Shown here: piece by piece, positions 55,041 to 64,000 of the stretch
Layout of the letters: each line of letters begins with the position of its first letter
How positions within the stretch are numbered: the stretch's first letter is position 1
NCBI GenBank assembly: GCA_044226535.1
Contig: JBGAGT010000015.1
Location: forward strand, 43,552 to 107,551
Direction of reading: 5' to 3'
DNA: 64,000 bases
DNA from: Casimicrobiaceae bacterium
GTDB taxonomy: Bacteria > Pseudomonadota > Gammaproteobacteria > Burkholderiales > Casimicrobiaceae
The notes under the pieces: generated by a model
Told to the model about the DNA's origin: nothing
Database searches by the model: none
What the model saw: only the letters and a program-made list of their open reading frames with translations
Translations under genes and position numbers: made by a program

Positions 55041-55162
55041 GGCAAGCGTTCCTCCCTCATGAGCGAGGCAATTCGAAAGCCCCTCTCGAATTCCAGGACG
55101 CATCGAGATCGCACCCTCACCGGCGGCCCGCAAATGCGCGCGGCCACCAGCCCCTCGACGCC

Positions 55163-57610
<2,448 letters not shown>

Positions 57611-57663
57611 TCAGTTCCTTGCATTCGCGCGCGCGTCCCGTTCGTGCTCGTCGACCGGGCGCG

Positions 57664-58703
57664 TCAGATGCGCATGGGCATCACGACGTACTTGTAGTCG
57701 TCGCGGCCGGGGAGTGTCACGAGCGCGCTCGAGGTGGCGTCGCCGAACGCGAGCTTCACGTTGTCGGTCGCCACGTTGGAGAGCACGTCGAGCAGGTAGT
57801 TGATGTTGAAGCCGATGTCGAGCGCCTCGCCCTTGTAGTCGATGGGCAGCTCCTCCTCGGCGTCCTCCTGCTCGCTGTTGCTGCAGATGATGCGGAGCTG
57901 GTCGGTGCCGAGCACCATGCGCACGCCGCGGAACTTCTCGTTGGAGAGGATGGCGGCCCGCTGCAGCGCGGCCAGCAGCTCGACGCGCGGCAGCTCGATC
58001 AGCTTGCCGTGGCCGGTGGGGATCACGCGGTTGTAGTCGGGGAACTTGCCGTCGACCACCTTCGAGACGAGCTCGACGTTGGCGAAGCGGAAGCGCACCT
58101 GGTTGGCCAGCACATCGATGTTGACCGGGTCGTCGCTGTCGGCGAGCAGCTTGCCGAGCTCGAGCACGGTCTTGCGCGGCAGGATCACCTCCTGGCGCGT
58201 GTACTCGCCGGGGACGGCGATGCTCGCCCACGACAGCCGGTGCCCGTCGGTCGCCACGGCCTGCAGCGAGCCCTTGTCGATCACCAGCAGCATGCCGTTG
58301 AGGTATGCGCGATGGACAGCGATTGCAGCTTGTCCTGGCCGAGGGCGATGCGCGGGTAGTCGCCCGCGGGCAGCGTCTGCAGGTTGAAGCGCGAGCGTCC
58401 CGCGCGCACCGCCATCTTGCTGGCACTGGCGTCGACGTTGAGCGTGGCGTCGTCGGGCAGCGCGCGCAGCAGGTCCTGGAGCTTGCGCGCGGCGACCGTC
58501 GTCGCCGTGCCGTCCTTGGCGTCCATGTCGCCGTGCGCGGTGATCTGCATCTCGAGGTCGGTCGCGGTGACGTAGAGCTTCCCGTCCTTCGGCTCGAGCA
58601 GGACATTCGCGAGGATGGGCAGCGTGTGGCGGCGTTCGACGATGCCCGACACGGCCTGCAGCGGCTTCAGCAATGCGTCACGTGCGATTTGTTTGAGTTG
58701 CAT
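57664..58703 (-). pseudogene. dnaN: DNA polymerase III beta sliding clamp, reading frame broken near 58306-58313
   Basis: ORF 58281..58703 gives the N-terminus (MQLKQIARDALLKPLQAVSG...DYPRIALGQDKLQSLSI) and then 9 unrelated codons and a stop. ORF 57664..58293, in another frame, gives YLNGMLLVIDKGSLQAVATDGHRL...YVVMPMRI. About 20 conserved residues are missing at the junction. Confidence 0.8.
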
Positions 58704-59045
58704 TGAAGTGTTCTATGCAAAAACAAGATCAATGATGAGGGGACGTGCGGACGCGGGAAAACTGCGCTTTGGCGCGTCGATTCAGGAGCTTGCTTGCCTG
58801 CCCAAGGTCGGTAGAACGGCCGGGATCCTGTGTGGATCGTTTGTGTAGTGATTGCGGCCGCATGGAAAGCGTCGGGAAACCCACAAATTATACCGCAGAA
58901 ACACGCCTGCCGGGGCCTGGAAACCGGGCCAAAACGGGGGAGCCGATGGCCATGGCGTTGCGGCCCGCCAAGGCGCCGGAAAGGGCGCTGGCGAGCGTTC
59001 CGGGGACGGCTGGACGGGGGGCGGCCGCCGGTCTGCGGTCGGGCT

Positions 59046-60560
59046 TCAGCTGCGCAGGACCTGCAGCAGGAAATTGACGTCGTGGTTGATGTCGGGGTAC
59101 GCCTCGCGCAGCTTGGCGATCTGCCGGCAGGCGTGCAGCACGGTGGTATGGTCGCGGCCGCCGAAATTGCTGCCGATCTCCGGCAGCGAGAGCTGCGTCA
59201 GCTCCTTGGCCAGCGCCATGGCCACCTGGCGCGGGCGCGCCACGGCGCGCGAGCGCTTCTTGGAGTACATGTCGGCGATGCGGATCTTGTAGTAGTCCGC
59301 CACCGTCTTCTGGATGTTCTCGATGGAGATCTGCCGGTTCTGCACGGCGATCAGGTCGCGCAGCGCTTCCTTCACCTGCGGGAGCGTGATCTCCTGGGCG
59401 TGGAAGTTGGTGTAGGCCAGCACGCGCTTCAGCGCGCCTTCCAGCTCGCGCACGTTGCTGCGGATGTGCTTGGCGATGAAGAACGCCACCTGCTCGTCGA
59501 GCTCGATGCCCGCGTCGCGCGCCTTGGAGAGCAGGATCGCCACGCGCATCTCGAGCTCGGGCGGCTCGAGCGCCACCGTGAGGCCCCAGCCGAAGCGCGA
59601 GATCAGGCGTTCCTCGATGCCCTCGATCTCCTTGGGATAGGTGTCGCAGGTGATCACGACCTGCTTGTTGGCCTCGATCAGGGTGTTGAAGAGGTAGAAG
59701 AACTCTTCCTGGGTGCGGCTCTTGCCCCCGATGAACTGGATGTCGTCGATCAAGAGGAGGTCGAGCGAGCGGTAGTTGCGCTTGAACTCGTCGAAGGCCT
59801 TGTGCTGGTAGGCGCGCACCACGTCGGAGACATAGGTCTCGGCGTGGATGTAGCGGATGTTGGCGGTCGGGTTCTGCCGCAGGATGGTGTGGCCGATGGC
59901 GTGGATGAGGTGCGTCTTGCCGAGCCCCACCCCGCCGTAGACGAACAGCGGGTTGTAGGAGGTCGGGTGCTCGGCCACCTGCAGGCCGGCCGCGCGGGCG
60001 AGCTGGTTGGCCTTGCCGGTCACGAAGGTGTCGAAGGTGAGCCCGGGGCTCAGGTTCGACAGGCCTCCCTTGCGGGCCGGGGCGGTCAGGAGCGCCGAGC
60101 GCGGTGCGAGCTTGGCCACCACCTCCAGCGCCGCTTCGCCGGCCTGGGTGGCGCCGAGCGCGGGGCGGCGCTCGCCGCGTCCCGGGCTGCCGGGTGTCGC
60201 GGCTGCGGCGTCGCCTCGCCCGCCGGAGGCAGGCGCCAGGGGGTTGGGGGCGAGTCCGGTAGCGGTCGCGCGCGGCACCGTCACCGGCACCACCTCGCTC
60301 GCCGGCGCGGGGTCGGCGATGCCGAAGCCGAGCGTCCAGGGGGCGCCCGGATCCTCGGCGGCGATGGCCTCGATGCGCTTCGCGAAGCGCTCCTTCACCC
60401 ACTGCAGCACGAAGCGATTCGGGGCAATAACCGTGAGTGTGTGCTCACTGGTGGCCGCCGCCAGCGGCCGGATCCAGGTGGCGAATTGCTGGGGCGTGAG
60501 CTCGCGCGAGAACGCGGCGAGACAGGCCGTCCAGACAGGCGCTTCGGAGGTTTCGGACAT
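59046..60560 (-). CDS. dnaA: chromosomal replication initiator protein DnaA
   Basis: Start at ATG 60560 ([33 protein letters not shown]). AAA+ motifs [17 protein letters not shown] and LLIDDIQF. Domain IV ends [13 protein letters not shown]. Confidence 0.96.
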   Translation of the reverse strand: MSETSEAPVWTACLAAFSRELTPQQFATWIRPLAAATSEHTLTVIAPNRFVLQWVKERFAKRIEAIAAEDPGAPWTLGFGIADPAPASEVVPVTVPRATATGLAPNPLAPASGGRGDAAAATPGSPGRGERRPALGATQAGEAALEVVAKLAPRSALLTAPARKGGLSNLSPGLTFDTFVTGKANQLARAAGLQVAEHPTSYNPLFVYGGVGLGKTHLIHAIGHTILRQNPTANIRYIHAETYVSDVVRAYQHKAFDEFKRNYRSLDLLLIDDIQFIGGKSRTQEEFFYLFNTLIEANKQVVITCDTYPKEIEGIEERLISRFGWGLTVALEPPELEMRVAILLSKARDAGIELDEQVAFFIAKHIRSNVRELEGALKRVLAYTNFHAQEITLPQVKEALRDLIAVQNRQISIENIQKTVADYYKIRIADMYSKKRSRAVARPRQVAMALAKELTQLSLPEIGSNFGGRDHTTVLHACRQIAKLREAYPDINHDVNFLLQVLRS

Positions 60561-60711
60561 CAGGCTTCCCTTTTTACTAAGGCGGGGTGGCCGCCTTGCC
60601 GGTCTGGTGCCGGACAAAACAACGAAGCGCCGGAAGCGTTTTGCTGCGGCCTTGCGATACTGCGGGCGCTTCCGGCGCCGTTCGACGACATTCTAGCGAC
60701 GGCCCGCGCGG

Positions 60712-60720
60712 TTATCCACA
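60712..60720 (+). promoter_or_regulatory. consensus DnaA box TTATCCACA
   Basis: Perfect 9-mer read directly, 152 nt upstream of the dnaA start in the dnaA/rpmH divergent spacer. Confidence 0.65.
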
Positions 60721-60830
60721 GCGCCGCGAAGCCGGCGCGATTCGCGGCGCCGGCGCAACGCAATCGGAGGGCTCGCTTGAAAGTAAACGCTCGCGTTGCC
60801 GCGGCTCGGCGGCCACTGCCTGCCGCCGCG

Positions 60831-60859
60831 TTGACACCTGCTCTCAAAAATGTTGTAAT
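60831..60859 (+). promoter_or_regulatory. putative sigma70 promoter of rpmH (-35 TTGACA, 17-nt spacer, -10 TGTAAT)
   Basis: TTGACA at 60831-36 and TGTAAT at 60854-59, in the AT-richest stretch of the spacer, 42 nt upstream of the rpmH ATG. Confidence 0.5.
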
Positions 60860-60900
60860 TAAAGGCTTTTTTCGAACCGTCACGCATTCCAGGTCACGCC

Positions 60901-61035
60901 ATGAAACGCACCTTCCAGCCTTCCAAGATCCGCCGCGCCCGCGTCCACGGGTTTCGCGCCCGCATGAGCACCGTCGGCGGCCGCAAGGTCCTGTCGGCGC
61001 GTCGCGCCAAGGGCCGCGCCCGCGTCGCGGTCTGA
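60901..61035 (+). CDS. rpmH: 50S ribosomal protein L34
   Basis: Not in the track; read by hand: [44 protein letters not shown], the canonical L34 sequence. Confidence 0.95.
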   Translation: MKRTFQPSKIRRARVHGFRARMSTVGGRKVLSARRAKGRARVAV

Positions 61036-61110
61036 TCGACGCGTCGATCGGACCTGCGGCGAGCCGGAGCAACACCGGTCACCACCGGCCCGGCACCCAT
61101 CGCGCCTGCC

Positions 61111-61500
61111 ATGCCCGCGCCACGCGCGCTGGTCCCGCTTCGCGGCCAGCGTGCTTTCGCCGCGTTGTTCGATCGCGGCCGGCGCATCGAGGGACGCTAC
61201 ATGCAATTGATCGTCGCCGACGCCGAAGGTCCGTCGGGCCGCGTGGGCTTCGTCATCTCGCGCAAGGCGCTGCCGCGGGCCGTCGACCGCAACCGTCTGC
61301 GCCGCCAGGTGCGGGCGATGCTGGCCGAAGGCGCCGCGGCGTTCGCGCGCCACGACCTCGTGGTGCGTGTCCGGCCGATGAAGCGCGCCGAGCTCCCCGC
61401 CGCGGCCGTCGAGGCGCGCGCCCTGCTCGCGCGCCTTGTGGCCATGCCCGCCATCGTGCCTGCCACCGTGGCGAAGCAACCACCCACATCGTGCGCATAG
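61111..61500 (+). CDS. rnpA: ribonuclease P protein component
   Basis: 129 aa, basic. [25 protein letters not shown] is the RNR motif. Position after rpmH. Confidence 0.88.
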   Translation: MPAPRALVPLRGQRAFAALFDRGRRIEGRYMQLIVADAEGPSGRVGFVISRKALPRAVDRNRLRRQVRAMLAEGAAAFARHDLVVRVRPMKRAELPAAAVEARALLARLVAMPAIVPATVAKQPPTSCA

Positions 61501-61507
61501 CCCGCGC

Positions 61508-61792
61508 ATGAAGTCGCTGCTTCTCGGCGCGCTGCGCGCCTACCAGTACGTCGCGCGCCCGATGCTCGGCGCCAACTGCCGCTTCTACCCGAGCTGCAGC
61601 GACTATGCGATGGAAGCGGTCGAGCGTCATGGCGCCGTGGCCGGCAGCTTCCTCGCCGCCTGCCGGCTGTGCCGCTGCCATCCCTTCCACCCGGGCGGCT
61701 ACGACCCGGTTCCCGAAACCCTGGTGCCCGACTCGCTGTCTGCACCGACACTGCGTGCCCCGACGCCGCGCCACCGCGCTGACGCCCCGTGA
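61508..61792 (+). CDS. yidD: membrane protein insertion efficiency factor YidD
   Basis: [42 protein letters not shown]...[14 protein letters not shown]. Confidence 0.9.
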   Translation: MKSLLLGALRAYQYVARPMLGANCRFYPSCSDYAMEAVERHGAVAGSFLAACRLCRCHPFHPGGYDPVPETLVPDSLSAPTLRAPTPRHRADAP

Positions 61793-63513
61793 TCAAAGCC
61801 GAAACCCAACGCCTCATCCTTGCGATGATCTTCGCCCTGTCGGGCTTCCTGCTGTGGGAAAAATGGCAGGCGATGCACAACCCGCCGCCGCCCCCGGCCG
61901 CGACCACGCCCTCGGCGGGCACGCCGGCCGGCGCGGCCGCGCGCAACGACGTGCCTTCGCCGAGCGGGGCGACCACGGCAGCGCCGTCCACGGCCGCGGG
62001 CGCTGCTGCGGTGCCCGGGGGTGCCGCCGCGGTGCCCGCGGCGCAGCTCGTGCGCGTCAAGACCGACGTCTTCGACGCCGACATCGACGCGCAGGGTGCG
62101 GTGCTCGCGCGCGTAGCGCTGCTCAACCATCGCTCCGAAGGCGATTCGGCCGTGCCGTACCTCGCCCTGCAGCGCAACGCGGAGCGCACCTTCGTCGCGC
62201 AGTCGGGCTTGCTCGGCACGGGCATGCCCAATCACACCAGCCCGTTCGAGCCCTTGCCCGGCCCGCGCGAGCTGGCACCCGGCAGCGACACGCTCGAGGT
62301 CCGGTTCGCGGCCACCGCCGCCAACGGCGACCGCATCGTCAAGACCTACACCTTCCACCGCGGCAGCTACAAGATCGACGTGTCCTGGGCGATCACCAAC
62401 GCCGGCAGCGCGCCGCTCGTGCCCTCGGCCTACTTCCAGTTCACCCGCGACACCAAGAGCGCGCAGGTGCACCATTCGATGGCGCCGTCGTCCTTCGTCG
62501 GCCCGGTGGTTTACAACGAGGCCGACAAGTACAAGAAGGTCGACTTCGGCGACCTCGACAAGCTCGCCGCCGACCCTTCCCGCAAGCCGTTGTTCACCCG
62601 GAACGCCGACAACGGCTGGGTGGGCATGGTCGAGCACTACTTCGTGGCGGCCTGGGCGCCGCCCGACACCGACAAGCGCCCGCGCGAGTTCTTCGCGCGG
62701 CGCATTGACACCGGCCTCTATGCGGCGGGCATGATCGTCGAGGGCAAGCCCATCGCCCCCGGCGAGACGGGCACCGTATCGATGCCGCTGTACGTCGGCC
62801 CGCAGGACCAGGACGTGCTGAAGCACACGGCGACGGGCCTCAACCTCGTCGTCGACTACGGCATCTTCACCATCATCGCCGCACCGCTCTTCGCGCTGCT
62901 CAAGTGGCTGCACTCGCTGATCGGCAACTGGGGCTGGTCCATCGTGGTCATGACCATCATGATCAAGGGCGCGTTCTACCCGCTCAATGCGCGGGCCGCG
63001 CGCTCGATGGCCAAGATGAAGGTCGTCGCACCCAAGATGAAGGCGCTGCAGGAGCAGTACGCCAACGACAAGCAGCAGCTGCAGATCCGCATGATGGAGC
63101 TGTACAAGACCGAGAAGATCAACCCGCTCGGCGGCTGCCTGCCGATCGTGGTACAGATTCCCGTGTTCATCGCGCTGTACTGGGTGCTCTTGTCGGCGGT
63201 CGAGCTGCGCCACGCGCCGTGGATCGGCTGGATCCACGACCTATCCGCGCCCGACCCGTTCTTCGTGCTGCCGGTGATCTACGCGATCACGGCCTGGGCG
63301 CAGGTGAAGCTGTCGCCGACGCCGATGACCGATCCCATCCAGCAGAAGATGTTCCAGATCATGCCCATCGCCTTCTCGGTGATGTTCGTGTTCTTCCCCG
63401 CCGGCCTGGTGCTGTACTGGCTGGTGAACAACCTGCTGCAGATCGCGCAGCAATGGCACGTGAACCGCATGCTCGAGAAGGAATCGGCGGCGGCCGCGGC
63501 GAAGCGGCGCTAG
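61789..63513 (+). CDS. yidC: membrane protein insertase YidC
   Basis: GTG 61789 overlaps the yidD stop. N-terminal TM helix, large periplasmic domain, and a C-terminal 60-kDa IMP core ([18 protein letters not shown]..., [19 protein letters not shown]). Confidence 0.93.
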   Translation: MIKAETQRLILAMIFALSGFLLWEKWQAMHNPPPPPAATTPSAGTPAGAAARNDVPSPSGATTAAPSTAAGAAAVPGGAAAVPAAQLVRVKTDVFDADIDAQGAVLARVALLNHRSEGDSAVPYLALQRNAERTFVAQSGLLGTGMPNHTSPFEPLPGPRELAPGSDTLEVRFAATAANGDRIVKTYTFHRGSYKIDVSWAITNAGSAPLVPSAYFQFTRDTKSAQVHHSMAPSSFVGPVVYNEADKYKKVDFGDLDKLAADPSRKPLFTRNADNGWVGMVEHYFVAAWAPPDTDKRPREFFARRIDTGLYAAGMIVEGKPIAPGETGTVSMPLYVGPQDQDVLKHTATGLNLVVDYGIFTIIAAPLFALLKWLHSLIGNWGWSIVVMTIMIKGAFYPLNARAARSMAKMKVVAPKMKALQEQYANDKQQLQIRMMELYKTEKINPLGGCLPIVVQIPVFIALYWVLLSAVELRHAPWIGWIHDLSAPDPFFVLPVIYAITAWAQVKLSPTPMTDPIQQKMFQIMPIAFSVMFVFFPAGLVLYWLVNNLLQIAQQWHVNRMLEKESAAAAAKRR

Positions 63514-63531
63514 GACGCGCGGCGGTGTGAG

Positions 63532-64000
63532 ATGCGCGCTCGCACCGACCTCATCGCCGCGATCGCCACGCCGCGCGGGCGCGGCGGCATCGGCATCGTG
63601 CGCGTCGCCGGGGCCGGGCTCGGCGCGGTGATCCAGGGCGTGCTCGGGCGCGCGCCCGAGCCGCGTGTCGCCACCTTCGCGTCCTTCCTCGATGGCGAAG
63701 GGCGCGCCCTCGACGAGGGCATCGCCCTCTTCTTCCCCGGGCCGCATTCCTACACCGGCGACGACGTGCTCGAGCTGCAGGGGCACGGCGGGCGCGCCGT
63801 GCAGGATGCGCTGCTCGCGCGCGTGCTCTCGCTCGGCGTGCGGCTCGCCGAGCCGGGGGAGTTCACCCAGCGCGCCTTCCTCAACGGCCGCATGGACCTG
63901 GCCCAGGCCGAGAGCGTCGCCGACCTGATCGACGCCGCGACCGGCACCGCCGCGCGCGCCGCGGCGCGCAGCCTCACCGGGGAGTTCTCGCGCGCGGTCG
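63532..64000 (+). CDS. mnmE: tRNA modification GTPase MnmE (TrmE), N-terminal part (3' end outside window)
   Basis: Read by hand: [29 protein letters not shown]...[21 protein letters not shown]...[28 protein letters not shown]. Canonical MnmE N-domain after yidC. Confidence 0.9.
   Translation, partial: MRARTDLIAAIATPRGRGGIGIVRVAGAGLGAVIQGVLGRAPEPRVATFASFLDGEGRALDEGIALFFPGPHSYTGDDVLELQGHGGRAVQDALLARVLSLGVRLAEPGEFTQRAFLNGRMDLAQAESVADLIDAATGTAARAAARSLTGEFSRAV

Noticed and set aside
61861-62050. Pro/Ala/Thr-rich low-complexity linkers recur in YidC, the TPR protein, Kup, L25 and topoisomerase III, and might be a shared functional module.
   Set aside because: They differ in sequence and position, and are most simply a by-product of extreme GC content (GCN/CCN codons) in tolerant linker regions.

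Overview
Very GC-rich bacterial chromosome segment (by eye about 70% G+C, not computed). Gene content and order look typical of Betaproteobacteria, Burkholderiales-like. The right end is the replication-origin neighbourhood: gyrB, dnaN and dnaA on the minus strand diverge from rpmH-rnpA-yidD-yidC-mnmE on the plus strand. The orientation switch is at 60.56-60.90 kb and holds one perfect DnaA box. Most of the rest is housekeeping: cydA-cydB-cydX; ychF-pth-rplY and prs-tRNA-Gln-ispE-lolB-TPR; mutM; a solitary dynamin-like GTPase; yfhL-coaD-rsmD facing ftsY-rpoH; kup-ntrX-ntrY-DUF4390-rsmB-fmt-def facing LysM-dprA-topoisomerase III. A roughly 12 kb accessory stretch (43.2-55.1 kb) carries small stress and detoxification genes, including an ECF41 sigma/CMD pair with its consensus promoter. 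Most notable observations: (1) A three-gene plus-strand cassette (8.85-12.5 kb) splits the normally contiguous prs-rplY cluster. It encodes a Tat-signal Thr-rich collagen-like protein, a Ca-binding-repeat protein with a PEP/IPTL-CTERM-like tail, and a cytoplasmic GT2-TPR-propeller-like enzyme. This is the best candidate for an undescribed system. (2) dnaN is split by what looks like a frame-shifting deletion of about 60 nt. (3) A 25-nt palindromic REP-like element family is present, with one copy in frame inside a substrate-binding-protein gene next to a 21-nt tandem repeat. (4) Several gene-decay signatures occur: an in-frame TGA, an MFS gene with no stop codon, a VOC gene stub and a shortened DUF2277 gene. 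(5) Three plausible small ORFs are absent from the supplied track: cydX, rpmH and a Lys-rich 51-codon ORF coupled to an AraC regulator. No rRNA, CRISPR, transposase, integrase or phage genes were seen.
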